From: Halocafeteria seosinensis
Lineage: Eukaryota
NCBI GenBank assembly: GCA_001687465.1
Contig: LVLI01000101.1
Coordinates: 310,001 to 374,000, forward strand
DNA length: 64,000 nucleotides
Direction of reading: 5' to 3'
Notes under the pieces: model-generated
The model's input: the letters and a program-made list of their open reading frames with translations, nothing else
What the model was told of the DNA's origin: nothing
Database searches by the model: none
Position numbers and translations under genes: made by a program
Part shown: in pieces, positions 38,554 to 51,680 of the stretch
Layout of the letters: each line of letters starts with the position of its first letter
How positions within the stretch are numbered: position 1 is the first letter of the stretch

Positions 38554-39140
38554 CGTTGTTGTACAGCCAATGGAGGGAATCACGTATATGCTGGTAACTT
38601 GCTTTTACACCGACAGGGAAATCTACTGGGTCAACACCCACGAGGTATGCGTTTACTTTAAATATATATTATTATTCACGCATGCTATCTAGGGGCCTAG
38701 TAAGGCGGTGTCTTTGCTATGAAGCAGCTACCACCCTCCGTTGACTCGTGTTTCAGGCTGAAATCGTATCCCAAGGGTCCCACTTATCTGTAGTCTAGTC
38801 AACACTCATGCCCTCAAGCAATCCATGCTTCCATGCGGAATCTCCAAAGATACCCCTGTAACTAGTCGTTATACAAAAGCGACGAAATTCCCGTTTCTTT
38901 TGTGCCTCCAAGTTTGATGACAATCACATACACATATGTACAGCTCTTGGGAGCTTCTCACCCACTTTCCTGTTTTTTGAAGACTTGCGGGAACTCCAGC
39001 CACGCGGCACGAACCTCCCGTACATATTGTATAGAAGCTACGTCACCACAGATTCTTAGAGCCCCACGAGTTGTCTTTAGTATCGTATTAGTGGTAGTCA
39101 AAGATAGAGAGTTATGGTATAGGAAGGTTTGTATTTGGGA

Positions 39141-41495
39141 ATGTACTCTCACCAGCGCTCAAGCCCCCATCATGCAAGAGGCTCCTCCAGGGTGCCCCCT
39201 CCTCCTCCCCCTTCTACAGCCACTCATGAACGTTCTCCGAGGTACTCCCACCAGCCACAGCAGACGTACTACAATGGAGACATGCCGTATTTGAGCTTGT
39301 ATCACCACCAGCAGAAGGACCAGCGGCCGCCATCTAGTCAGACCAGTCAGCTTCAAGATACGAGTTCTGCCATGGCCCAACAGCATGCACAGCACTCGCG
39401 TTTCGATGATACCACGGGTGCTTCCTCGTCCTTGATTACGTCCGATATGCCCGTCCAAAGCATGATACAGAAACTGGATGGCGAAATCCAGGTGCTGCGA
39501 GAGAGACTGCAGCGGGGTGGAATCGTCAACCAACATACTTTGTCATCACGTTTGGCATTGGTGGAAACCCACGTACAGCATGAAGCGGATGACTTGAAAG
39601 CGTTTAAACAGAAAGTTATGAGGCACCTACGGGATATATCAGAGCGAATAACGGACATATCTGCTGGCCGCACGCAAGACACTTCGCAGTCACAAGCGGC
39701 ATTTTCATACTCTCATAACCCGCTGGTGCTGTCTCCGGGTGAGCAAAGAGCTATCAACAGATCGCGAAACAGAACATATTACTCAGAGGATAGCAGTGGT
39801 GCAACCGCATTTTCACCCATACAAGAGCAACCGCCACAACAGCCGATCAACCAGAATATTGAAATGGATTTCGTTACCCAGTTAAAGAAGAACCGAGAGA
39901 ATCTAGAAAATCTAACACGGGAGTTTGAACAACTAAGGGTTGTTTTAACGGAATTTCCATTTTCTCATACGCAATTGTCTGACCTGCAACATCAGCTTTA
40001 CAATAGGATTTTGAGCGTGCTGGACTCATGGGGCGAACTCCTTCAGCAAGAAGTAAATAGGAACGTTGTGCGATCCAATCAAGGCATTCAAGAAAAGATA
40101 AGCTTCCTGGAACAGTCTCTGGGCCAAAGGGTGAATGCATTAGAAAAAGAGTATCAAACTATCCGCCTGATACAAAATCAGTATCAGTTCGATATGGAAG
40201 ATGAGGAGTACATGTACCAAAGAAATAGTCGAATAAACGATATCGAAGAGCTCTTCAATAGAGTACAAAGATTGGAAGACAATCAAAAACAACAACACGA
40301 AGAAATGCTTTTTCGCCTTTCTAAGTTGGAGCATTCAGTGGATAAGAAGCTAGAAGCAATGTTCAATTACTTTCGACAATCTGGTGCATCACACAAGGAC
40401 ATGTATCAACAAACTGCAGCAGGAGCCGAAGCACAGTCTAACGAAGAGGAAGAGGAAGTGGTGAACCAACTTCGGCAATCGCTCGGGAGACCCGAGGAAG
40501 GAGAAAGGAAGATTGCCGAGAATGGTAATGCAACAGAGCTCCAGCAGCCGCGTCAGCCTATAGGACGAGTAGCGCAGCGTGCCAATACGGTTGAGAGCAA
40601 CGAGGCTGATCATGGCCAACCGACAATGCAAGGGCGTAATGCAAGAGCTTCACTTGATACCTCCCAGGCAAACCCTGATGCTACTTCCCAAAGATCTGGG
40701 ACACTGGGTGAACATGACTCAACCCTCGACGCACCAAGTCGCCAACATGAAACAAACAAGTCAAGCTCGATGGCAAGAGCCGATACTAATGCTCCCAGCG
40801 CAAAGAACGCTTCCCGAAGATCTGAGACACAAGACGGACATGACTCAAGCTCGACGGCACACTCTGATACGAATGCGACCAATTCCCAAAGATCCAAGGC
40901 AGAGTATGAACATCACTCAACTCCTTCCCTACCGGGTCATCAGCACCAAACAAACAACTCAATATCCTCGCCTAGAACAGATACGTTTGCAACCAATGCG
41001 AAGTCTGAGGCAGACGCAGAATCAGACACTCAACAGGATTCAAAACACAAGACTCCTGAGAGCACGAGTGAAGCCAATAAAACTGCCACGACCATAGATA
41101 TGACTTTCCCTTCTGTTTCAGACTCCTTAGAGGGACAGTTCCAGACGGGTGAGCCAATAAACGATACTCCTAACGGACATGGAAGCAGTGAGGCCATAAC
41201 TCACACACACGATACGACTGCCGCAACCACCACCACAACTGCAACCACGGCACAGGAACGACTTAAGCAGCTTAAAGAGAGGGTGGGTGCAAACGATGAA
41301 GAAGAAAAACGCAAATTGGAAAGTATGACTCCGGAAGAGCAAGAGGAATATCACCGAAAAAAGGAACAGGAGCGACGACATAACGAGAGATACAAGCAAA
41401 CGCTGAAAAAGGGGCTAAAGCAGTATGCGTCAGCAAATCCTCTGAAACCTGGTAGTGGACGCGGAAGCAAGAGAAGTGGGCGATTTGGAAAATAG
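39141..41495 (+). CDS. Hypothetical coiled-coil/low-complexity protein
   Basis: Uninterrupted ORF of about 785 aa, Q/E-rich coils, charged C-terminal helix. Confidence 0.8.
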   Translation: MYSHQRSSPHHARGSSRVPPPPPPSTATHERSPRYSHQPQQTYYNGDMPYLSLYHHQQKDQRPPSSQTSQLQDTSSAMAQQHAQHSRFDDTTGASSSLITSDMPVQSMIQKLDGEIQVLRERLQRGGIVNQHTLSSRLALVETHVQHEADDLKAFKQKVMRHLRDISERITDISAGRTQDTSQSQAAFSYSHNPLVLSPGEQRAINRSRNRTYYSEDSSGATAFSPIQEQPPQQPINQNIEMDFVTQLKKNRENLENLTREFEQLRVVLTEFPFSHTQLSDLQHQLYNRILSVLDSWGELLQQEVNRNVVRSNQGIQEKISFLEQSLGQRVNALEKEYQTIRLIQNQYQFDMEDEEYMYQRNSRINDIEELFNRVQRLEDNQKQQHEEMLFRLSKLEHSVDKKLEAMFNYFRQSGASHKDMYQQTAAGAEAQSNEEEEEVVNQLRQSLGRPEEGERKIAENGNATELQQPRQPIGRVAQRANTVESNEADHGQPTMQGRNARASLDTSQANPDATSQRSGTLGEHDSTLDAPSRQHETNKSSSMARADTNAPSAKNASRRSETQDGHDSSSTAHSDTNATNSQRSKAEYEHHSTPSLPGHQHQTNNSISSPRTDTFATNAKSEADAESDTQQDSKHKTPESTSEANKTATTIDMTFPSVSDSLEGQFQTGEPINDTPNGHGSSEAITHTHDTTAATTTTTATTAQERLKQLKERVGANDEEEKRKLESMTPEEQEEYHRKKEQERRHNERYKQTLKKGLKQYASANPLKPGSGRGSKRSGRFGK

Positions 41496-42769
41496 AGACG
41501 CAGAATTAGATTATGTTTCCTACAAAACCTCTTGTTCCGCATCGCCTCCGGACTTGGCAGGCTGATAGCAGCGGTGTTATGATCCATCAGCTCACGAATG
41601 CCGAGTTCCAATTTGCTCGGAAATGTGCTTCTAACTCTACCAAACTGTGCTGTCCGCAAGTGCGGCTTAGGCATGTGTTGTCATGATTGCTTTTAAACCT
41701 GGTCGCTGGCATTGTCAATGAGACCATCGTTGGAACTTATGGCGGCTGGAAACATAACATCCCTTTGACACGCATCACGCGGGACACTATGGTCATTTTA
41801 TTTAATTGGAGATTATTCCAACACCTCATTTGGTTTACTTGTCCAGTGCGGCCGTCATCCCTCGAACTCCCAGGGAAGCACGAGCGTGTGGACCCTGTCA
41901 GAACAGATCGTCTTCCAGCAGCAGGAGTGAATTTCAATCCTTGTTTAAGCGATTCCCACCACCGCCTGATGACTCGAAGTAAATCGTATTTGCTTGATGT
42001 TATCTCACTGATGCTGATATGTGCTAGAATCTTGGCTCAAGAGCACACTCCGTCGGGACTCCGACTCGAGAGTACTAGTACCGGGCTCTGTGATGATTCA
42101 CTGCAGGCTCGTTCTGATGGCTCAATTTTAGAGGCGCAAGCACCAGCAATCCTAATCTTCAGTATACATTGAAATCAAGCCATGTTCGGGTATGGTACTA
42201 ATTTCCGTAGCCGCAAGCGGCGCAGTACGATCGCATGGTGAGGCATTTACAGAAATTTTACACATGGGACTACAATGCATGCAAGTTTCCATAAAACTTT
42301 TTCAGCAGATTCGATTGTAACACCTTTCCATAGAGTCGACGACTTATACACATTCAACAATGACTTAGAACTTGTGTTGCCAAAGTACCACAGTCACGTT
42401 AGCGTATTGGCAAATTGTTTCTTCGATAGCTCTGTCTTGGAAGTTTAGTGGTATCCACGTTTTGTTGTCGCGGTTGAACGTATCCAGCTTTTGTTCACTA
42501 GAGCTGATCTAGTTGAATACACACAATGAAGTGGGCTGATCTCGTCATAAACTTCCGAAGTTGAAGTACGCTGAAGTTGAAGTTGCTCCAAGCGCACACT
42601 GTGCGCTCGATGGCACTGCTGTACATATTATTCAATTCATAAGTGGGAGTATTGACGCGATAAAATTGATTCTTACACTTGTGTTGAGGGTACTGATACG
42701 GTTCGACAAGAGATTGAAAAAGCTACGAGAAGCGATTCTCCGGCCGTTTAGCTACCAACTTAAACAGCC

Positions 42770-45700
42770 ATGGCGGATGATACGGAAGCTTCAGGGGCTA
42801 ATTTGCATCTCCCTGTTCCTCGCGGCGACATTCGCGGTATACAGGAACTTGCGTCGAGCGCCAGAAGTGCACGTGAATCCGTCAATGAAGGGGAAAGCTT
42901 GTCGGATGAGGAACTACTGCAGCTCTATCGACAACACCGCGAGGAATTGCATGCTTTTCTGAGCCAAAATGGAGATACTTTTTTCGAGCACATGGCAGAC
43001 AGTAATGGCCCCGGAGCTGTGGGACTGAATAATCAAGGTACTTTACCTCGCTTTCAAGGGTAGCTTCTGAGGAGTTGTCATGCTTGTAAATTTGTACCTT
43101 CGGCGTTACATGCAGGAGCTACGTGCTACTTGAATAGTATGTTGCAACTCTTATTTTTCACGAGGGAAATCCGTGAAAATATCCAATCATGGAGATTCGA
43201 AGAGCATAACGCTAGCGGCATCCCGGAGCAGATTCAAAGGCTGCTATGTAAAATGAAGTACACCAAGTGTCCGTGGGTGGATACAACCAATCTTACAACC
43301 GCATTCAAATGGAATGAGGATGATGTTGCACAACAGCAAGATTCCAACGAATTGTTCACTCTCTTACTCGATACCTTGGATGTGAGTATGAGATCGATTT
43401 CAGATGAGTACACACCGCTTCAGTCTGTGTACGAAGGAGTGGAGGCGTCGTCGTTAACGTGCCTTTCCTGCCGAAACTCTAGATGGAAATCAGAGCGATT
43501 TCTGAGCCTTTCATTGCCAATTCCCGTATCGAGCGAGCAAGCGTCTTTGCCCCATAACGAGAAAGTCGTCGAGAGTGCCGAAAATGATGTGAAATCATCC
43601 CAGGAAGTTTCTGTTGAAGAATGCTTAGGTGGACATTTCGAAGAGGAAACGTTTATGGCGGAGAACGCTTTAGAATGCGAGCACTGTGGCCAAAAACAGC
43701 CAACAGTGCGGAACGTCTATATCAAAGATGCGCCAAAGATACTCTCAGTTTCATTTCAAAGGTATGTCGCTTCTCAATTCCAAGTGCTTCCGCTGTTATA
43801 CTATAGGAACCTTCTCTGGTACTCAGGCTTATTTTTAATATGAAGACACTGGAACAAGAGAAAATCACATCCCCAATCCATTTGAAAAGATATTTGAATA
43901 TATCAGATTATCTCTTAGAGTCGGAGGGGAATAATGGCCAGTACGAGTTGTTCGGGCTTCTGGTTCACATTGGGGGATCTCACGGAGGACACTACATTAC
44001 GTATGTGAATCCCAAAGTAGGACTCGATCTGGAAAGGGACGGGGAACATGCGTGGCTAGAATTAAACGACGCGGTAGTTTATTCTCTCGATCGAGAGCAG
44101 CAAAGCGTACTGTTCGGTGAGCACACGCACTCCGATAATGATTCCTCAGCCGGCCGTATCGCCGATCGCCAACGCCAACGCCGAATCGAAAATGTCAAGG
44201 CAAATGTATATTCTGCTTTTTACCGCCAGGTGGGCAACGAAGATCCATCGGCAGCAGTGGGTTTTCCTTCCGCACTAGTCAAGGAGGTAGAGGAAAATAA
44301 CGGTTTTTGTGAAAAACTGAGAGTAGCCCGAATGGTTGAGAAAAAGTTATTGGAAGTATCCATGTTTACATGGGACTGCCGCTATCCGCAATGTGGAGAG
44401 TATTTTGATGTCCATCGGCTTAAACAGCGTAGGAAGACACCGCTTCGAACATACACATGTTTCAAACGGTGGTGTCTGAGGGATTTCTTGCAAAGGATCA
44501 GCCCACTAGTGGGTACTTCATTTACACTGAGACTGTTCAACAGTAATAGTGGTGAGCTTGGTATGTGCCTACGTGAAATTGACGGTGACACCTTGTTATC
44601 CGAAGTATTTCAGGAATCTTCGGAAGCTTCAGTCCTCCTGCAACCTCGCATAGTTGATCTAATAGGATATTCTTTATCCAAGGGTAAAGCGGCAAAGCGT
44701 TTAACGTTACTCACTGAATACAGTTTCAGAGAGGAAGATCTCTTTGAATGTGCGAACATGGTGAATTCAGAATTTACGAGCTCCACTCTTCCTTCATGTG
44801 TTTTAAGAGCCTTGGAGAACGCAGCAGCTACAGTGATACAAATTGACGACGATGGAACAACAGTAAAAGGCACCTCGATCCTCGAGGAGGTTTGTAGGAA
44901 TGTCCCTACTAGAATTCAGCCGGGACAAGTCGCTGCGGCTTATCTTTCACCCCCTGGTGACTTTCTAAATATTGTTTCTTCCCTTCAAAGGAAAAGACTG
45001 CCCCAACCGAAGGCGCTTACTGAGCAATTCTCTGTGGATTCTGACGATGTGCCAAATTATTCAGTAATAATAGCTTCCGTTGTGTCAAATCAGGACTCTC
45101 CCACTATTCTCAACATATTCGAGCGTTTGGCGAACATGATCACCATTGAATTCAATTCACTTGGAGGGCAATCGGAGAACGGGGTCCGGTATGAAAACTG
45201 CATTCAGTGCCATCGCTCTTGCACTCTAGTCCAACTGAAGCAGTACATGCTACCGTAAGTTCGTACTCATGAGCCAGTTTCTCGCACGAATAACATCGTC
45301 CTGAATACAGGTACTTCGAAAGGCCATACCAGGATGTGAACAAGTTTCATTGTAAATATAATTCCAATGGAGCTCAAATTAAAGCCGAGAATAAAACCAT
45401 TGAGGAGCTCGGTTTGAAAGATGGTAGTATTCTTCATGTATGTGCTGGCGCGCCCCTTCAGGAGGGTCAACATTTGATTAAAATTCTTAGGTTTGACCCT
45501 CATGCGGAGAAAAGGAAACTGTCGCCGTACAAGAAGCTTGCTGTAAATGAGAGCGATACGTAAGTAGTTCGCTCAAATGTATGACAGGGGTGATATGTAT
45601 AAGACTATCAACTTGTATGTGTGAGCTCCACAGCGTAGAAGTCTTAAAAGAACGCCTATGGAGAATAAAATGGTCTAAAGAATTGCTCCAAAAGTCTTTC

Positions 45701-46399
45701 CGTCATCTAAGGCTTCGAGCATTGAGCGGGTCCGTTCAAGGGAAAGTGTTGTGCGATGGAGCTACTCTAGTCAAGAGTATTCCGGCATTATCTGATGGGA
45801 TCGAACTTGCTGTAGAGATTCTTGAGCAGCCTGAAACTCCAAACGTGCATGACATTCTCATCACTGTCGCGTTTATGCGTAGGAGTAAGAACGGTTATTC
45901 GTGCCTCCAAGTGGTACCTGACTTGCTGCTTAACAAAAAAATTACTGTAGATGAGCTGTTGAGACTACTTGAGCAAAGGAAACGAGAATGGTTGCCCGGG
46001 TCTTTTGTGGAAGTAGAAAACACGGAGAAAGGTATAGAAGAGAAGTTCCAGTTGGCAAAATGCAACAAGAACGTTCTAGCAAATCCAACTAAACCTGCCA
46101 TCAAACGTCTGCGTTGGTGCTTGGTGAGTTTATTCGTTCTGTGATAAGTGTGATCTTTACGTTTCTTGAGTCTCTTATTTGTCGCACAGCCTCCTCTTGA
46201 AAACACCGTGTTTACCTTCCCTTTGGCGTTACGGGACCAATGCGCATTACTCGTAGAAGACGCGGATCTACTCGGAGACGAGGCATCAACGGCAAGTACT
46301 TCTAAGGGCAGCGAGTACACCAATGGTATTCGGGCACAATCGCCCAAAGTAGCCCAACTTAAGCATCCAGCCCAGCACAACACTCTACGGTTAGGTTGA
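42770..46399 (+). CDS. Ubiquitin-specific protease (peptidase C19; USP40/USP47-like) with C-terminal ubiquitin-like domains
   Basis: Cys box GLNNQGATCYLNS (spliced), QQQDSNE, CxxC pairs, His box LVHIGGSHGGHY, WLELND. UBL-like KTIEELGLKDGSILHV. Confidence 0.92.
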
Positions 46400-46442
46400 G
46401 GAGACTTGCCTGAGTCTTCAGCTTCAGTCGTTAACTACTGAT

Positions 46443-47298
46443 CTACTGATTATCATCTTCCGCATCATCAAACTGTCCATCTTGGAAGTCGTCCCCAATC
46501 TTATCCTGCATCAAACAGTCATCAGAGTGTTGCCCCGTCTATTGCTTCGAAAAATGAGGCAATCTCTTACACTTATCTCTTCGGAGCCTTCCAGGTCAAG
46601 TTTAGAGTCCAAATCAGCTAGAGCATCATTCTGCTCTGGGGTCAAATTCACTTCATCCTCGTTGAAGATAAAATTGCCGCCTTCTCCGTCATCATCTGCA
46701 CGTTTGGAAGAGGGTGTAGAATGAAGCCAGTAATCAGTCGATCAACCAAGTGCATATATGCACCTTACCTTCCATATCACTGTCTGGGTGAAGTTCGGCT
46801 CCTTTGGAAAGCGCTTCAAATAGGGAGTTTACTGCATCTACGACCAAGTGTATGAGGGCATTTTCTCATCATATATACAACCAGGACGGACGTACATTGC
46901 TCTGGATCATCGGGGATTATGAGCATGACTTCATCGATATCATCATCATGGACGAGAGTGGTTCCATTATCGTCTTGTAGGAGAAGATGGCAGTAAATAC
47001 AGGGCTGAGAGGAGATATTGGGGTCCTTTGACGTGGCATGAAGAGACAGCATGCGGTAATTCATCTGAAATCCGGGCATGGAGCCACTTTGGGAAGGGTT
47101 TTCATGCCGGAAATAGATGTATTCAGAGGTGATAAATAGCTTCCCGTGGCCTAGGTCCTTGTCCGAACCCGTGCGTATTGTCACACATGCACTATGGAAG
47201 ACTTCCTCCTCGCCGTGGAGCGTGATATCCTGAGCATTGGTACCATTATGTGTGAATAGGGAGTCCTCTGAGACATCCAATCGCTGAAATAAAGCCAT
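46443..47298 (-). CDS. CLNS1A: pICln / methylosome subunit (Voldacs domain)
   Basis: GHGKLFITSEYIYF, GFQMNYRMLSLHATSKD...PCIYCHL, LFEALSKGAELHPD, acidic tail. Two introns. Confidence 0.88.
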
Positions 47299-47410
47299 TT
47301 TTGCGCCTGTGGTTTGTGTTGTGCTGTAATAAGAACGTATCAAATCAAAACCTGCATATACTTCTGTATTGTTAGTTAATTAGTTTAATCAGACATTGTG
47401 TTTGTCCACA

Positions 47411-48778
47411 ATGCATTTAGGAAGGTTTCATTTGTCCTCATTACGACGCTCATGCTGCCCATGGAGGTGGTATACATGCCAGACAAGGGGACATTGCAGC
47501 CATAACGTGGTGTCAAAGCCGCCATTACAGCGTCCCAGAGTCATACAGATACCCACAACAACGATACAGACAACTTCAAGATGTGGGTACTTCTCAAGCG
47601 CCATTTACGAGCAACTCGAAGCACTCAAGCGAAGGTACGAGGAATTAGACCATCAGTTGACAACCAACCAGCTGCAGCCGGAGGAATTGCCCAAAGTATC
47701 GAGGGAACATAACGAACTGTCAAAGGCAGTGGAAGTAATTAATCGACTCGAGAATAAGAAAGCCGAAGAGGAGGAACTAAACCAACTCATAGAGAATAAG
47801 ACTGAGCAAAGTGAGGAGGACCAAGAGTTAGTCGCCATGGCTCACGATGAACTCCCCGGTGTGCAGGAAGAGGTAGCGGAATTAGAAGATGAGGTGCGGC
47901 GTTTGCTGTTACCAAGGGACGAAATGGACCGAAGAGATGCTATTCTAGAAGTGCGTGCTGGAACGGGAGGAGAGGAAGCCTGCTTATTTGCGTCAGAACT
48001 TTTTCAGATGTACGCGGGCGCCTCCAAACTACAGGACGGATGGTCGTTTAAGGAGATGGAAGTCCATGAGTCATCCGAAGGAGGAGTACGGGAAGCATCA
48101 GCAGAAGTATCGGGGACTGTTTACGGCAAAATGAAATTCGAAATAGGTACTCACCGTGTACAAAGAGTTCCGAAAACCGAATCAGGAGGAAGATTACATA
48201 CGTCGGCAGCTACTGTAGCCGTGTTGCCCCGAGCAGAGGCTGTAGAAGTCGAAATAAGGGATGCAGATCTCCGGATAGATACATTTCGTTCCTCCGGAGC
48301 GGGTGGGCAACATGTGAATACTACGGATTCTGCAGTTAGGATAACACATTTACCCACAGGCACAGTGGTCGCTTGCCAGAGCGAGCGCTCTCAACATCGC
48401 AATCGTTCACGAGCAATGCAAGCGCTTCGTACTAAAATATTTGAGGAAGAAAGAAGAAAGCAGCAACAGCAGAAGGCGGATATGCGGCGCAGTCAATTGG
48501 GTAGTGGTGATCGCTCGGAAAGAATTCGGACGTACAACTTTGCGCAAGACCGCGTCACCGACCATCGGATCGGATTAACAAAGTACGTTCGTATGAAACC
48601 TTACCAGAAATTTAGTGTATCTCCTTTTTGTATACCCCGAATTTGCAATTTCTATCATTACAGGCATGGTATAGAGCGCATGCTCCGAGGAGAGATGATG
48701 GATGAGTTTTGGACCGTGTTGCAAAAAAGGCACGAAGATGAAATGTTGGCTCAATTAGAAGATGAGGGAACAAAGTGA
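47411..48778 (+). CDS. prfA: Mitochondrial peptide chain release factor 1
   Basis: [22 protein letters not shown] (PxT motif), GAGGQHVN (GGQ), [12 protein letters not shown]-rich presequence. In-frame intron 48583-48663. Confidence 0.95.
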   Translation: MHLGRFHLSSLRRSCCPWRWYTCQTRGHCSHNVVSKPPLQRPRVIQIPTTTIQTTSRCGYFSSAIYEQLEALKRRYEELDHQLTTNQLQPEELPKVSREHNELSKAVEVINRLENKKAEEEELNQLIENKTEQSEEDQELVAMAHDELPGVQEEVAELEDEVRRLLLPRDEMDRRDAILEVRAGTGGEEACLFASELFQMYAGASKLQDGWSFKEMEVHESSEGGVREASAEVSGTVYGKMKFEIGTHRVQRVPKTESGGRLHTSAATVAVLPRAEAVEVEIRDADLRIDTFRSSGAGGQHVNTTDSAVRITHLPTGTVVACQSERSQHRNRSRAMQALRTKIFEEERRKQQQQKADMRRSQLGSGDRSERIRTYNFAQDRVTDHRIGLTKYVRMKPYQKFSVSPFCIPRICNFYHYRHGIERMLRGEMMDEFWTVLQKRHEDEMLAQLEDEGTK

Positions 48779-48917
48779 TGTACTAACGGATACAGCAGAT
48801 TGTATAAGGTCGTACATTCGCACTATTGAACGCCAAACTAACTAAAGAAGGAAGCACCGCGAGTAAGCGTAATTAGTGGGCATATAACTACTCGTGAAGG
48901 AGCAGTGGCTGGACGTT

Positions 48918-49931
48918 TTATCGCTTCATATCATCAACCCATTTTTGTATCAAGTCCTCAAACGCTTTTTTGTTGGACCGGACTAACTTTTTGCATTCTT
49001 CAGCAACCGAACCACTCGTTTCTGTGCTAACCTCCCACTCGTAATCTCCTCCGGCATCATCTGCCAAGTCGGGGAACTCTACACTTCCCTTTGCTAAAAT
49101 TTCTTGATCTTCATCATCCGTATCTGCTTTCTCCTCCTGAGATGGTTTCGCTACGCCCCACTTTAGTTCGACGTGATATTCGAATCCAGGTTTACACTGC
49201 CAGAAGGAAGCAATAGAGTAAAGGTATCAGACAGTTTGCAAAATACGCATATAGTCGCTAATCCTACCTTTTGTCTAACGTATACAACGGATGCGGATCC
49301 AGAACAGCGTATCACCTTCCGGACGAATGCTACACATTCTCCATGCTCGTTTAGTGTAACGGGAAATCGAAGACCTTTGAGCCTCTTCTTCAGCTCCGAT
49401 GTGGCCCACGAGGAGACGTCTCTATCTTCCCTGTGTCACAAAGTTAAACAATCAGACGCATATTGTCGGAACCACCAAGCGTGTAGCTGTTTGGGTTTAT
49501 ACATACCAAGTACCAGCAGTATTCCACACACTGCCTCCTTGAGCTTGCGAGAGAGGGATCCCTCCGTAGGACGACATGGACTCAGCCTGCGTCATTCCGT
49601 TGTTGGGACTCGGGCTGGCTCCTGTCGAAATCGGTTTGGGTGCCGTCGATACCCCTAGTCGCTCTAATTCTTCCCCACGTTGCTTCATTTCGGCCGCCCA
49701 CTGGTAATGGCGTGATTCCTTGGGGGCCTTTTGTCCCTGTTGTTGCTTAGATCCATCCTCTAGCTCCTCATCTGCATCATCACTGTCCTCTACTGTATTC
49801 TCCATGTTGGTATCTGCCTTACTGGCTGCCTTAGCGCCGGTGTCGGCCGGCGAAGAGGCTCCTGTTTCGGCTGCCATGGCTTCGCCACTGGTGGCTTGAG
49901 GAGTGTCTGTTTGCTGCTCCGTAGACGCCAT
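48918..49931 (-). CDS. Aha1 (Hsp90 ATPase activator) N-terminal-domain protein
   Basis: GGSVWNTAGTWEDRDVSSWATSELKKRL...CSGSASVVYVRQK...GFEYHVELKW after splicing two introns. Confidence 0.8.
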
Positions 49932-50207
49932 TATACCACCCAACCAATGACGAATGTACCACTCTACTATGCTCAATAAGTGCATAAATAACTAACCTAA
50001 CTATGTAACTTAAAACGGAGAGAACAGAGGCATCAAAACAACCACTTTTGAGGAGTAAATGAAGTAAGGGAGCGAAAGTTGTAGAACAATCGAACACTAC
50101 TTGGTCTCAGACCACAGGGGTTGAATGATTGCTACCATATGATAGATATTTTACCTGAGGATTTAATTTGCACGTAGTCGGTCGGTTGGAATCATGGTGG
50201 TTCCACC

Positions 50208-50937
50208 ATGAGGGTGATGAATTATACAGCTGTATATACGGCGAAAAAGTCATGGAAAGTCCTGAAACCTCAGTGGTTTAGTCGACATTGTATGCCCCAA
50301 CCCACATAACAGTAGCTGCAGCACATGTCACTGTTCCAATAAATTGTCTACCGTATTGGTATTGGTTTGCAGATGCTGCTGGTGGAACTACAGCGCATTC
50401 GTTGGCTGAAGCGTACCAACTTCGCCATAATGTGACCAACTTGGAACTCAAAGGTCATAGTGACCTCATGTGCCAAAACTTGATGTGTGAGAAAGTTGGA
50501 CTCGCATGTGCGTGTCGCTTAGCCCTGAGAGTTACGCAAATTCCTCAGTTGAAACACCTGGATGTTTCTGACAACGGGTTAGACGTGCTGCCGGATGCTA
50601 TATTCGACTTGGCCAACTTGGAAACGCTGCGTCTACGTGGTATGTACAGCTTGCAGCAGCGAGGACACCATTTCTGCTCCGTTCCTCAACGTTTTAAGGT
50701 CACATTTTTTCTTCTTCTGTAGCAGGCAACAAACTGAGGGAAATAAGCCCGCTTGTATCAAAGCTAAACAACTTGCGGACGCTGGATGTGGGTTTCAACC
50801 AGCTTACAGCATTGCCCTTGAATAGCTTATCTTGCTTACCTGCCCTTGAAGAAGTAAAAGCTGACAATAATTCTGTTGAGCTTGCAAATTCACTACAGGG
50901 AAGTGGACTGCTGCAAAATGGCGTCATCAGACTGTAA
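50208..50937 (+). CDS. Small leucine-rich-repeat protein
   Basis: LKHLDVSDNGLDVLP, LETLRLRGNKL and LRTLDVGFNQLTALP repeats. Two introns. Start uncertain. Confidence 0.8.
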
Positions 50938-51680
50938 TAATGTTTCGGACGTAGCGAGTCCAGTCCCCTGGTATTTTAAAAAATGCTCTGGAGAACCGCG
51001 CACTAATCAGTGTCTAATATTGGAATAGACTTGTATTATTTAAGTATTTGATGATGCGTATGCGCTTGGTTTAGAGCTTTTGTGACTGCTCGTTGTGTAG
51101 GCTCGAAGACGTCGCGAGAAACCTTGAAGTTCGTCATTCACGGTACTAAAGCACATACCCAGCACTGTTTCACCGGGAGCGATGGACAACCATAATGAAT
51201 GCACTTGCTTTCGATATGCGTTTGCGTCAGTGATAGATAGGAAAATAGTACTTCTTGTATGAGCATACTAACAAACTGCATTCAGATAGCAGCGCTTTGG
51301 GTTCGGGAAGTTAACAAAAGTACTATTACGTACGTACAGTTAGTCTTTTGTAGGGAACGCGTGAGCGGAGGTCATCCTTACTCAACTGTTCATATAGCCA
51401 GAGTTACCTTGACTTGCAACGATGGGCCGGCCATGGACCTCCAAACTCCGGGTGCGGGAATGACGGTACGAGGCAACAATATCCTTGTTTTTGAGTAATT
51501 AAAAGAATTGATAGAGAATGACGTACATGGTCCTTATGCACGTTACTAAGGCATTTCTAGAAAGCCCATTTGTGACAAGCGATGCGTATATGACCCGTTG
51601 TGTCCCGTAGTTGGAGTCCATTGCGCAGAGAACAATAGCGGCATTAGGGAGTCTCTGATAGTACCGGAAGCCTACTAGTC

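Noticed and set aside
41687..42172. 161-aa ORF and other short or antisense ORFs in the track (e.g. 12873-13364, 23769-24218)
   Set aside because: Non-ATG starts, no recognisable motifs or splice support. Most are shadows of real genes or intergenic.
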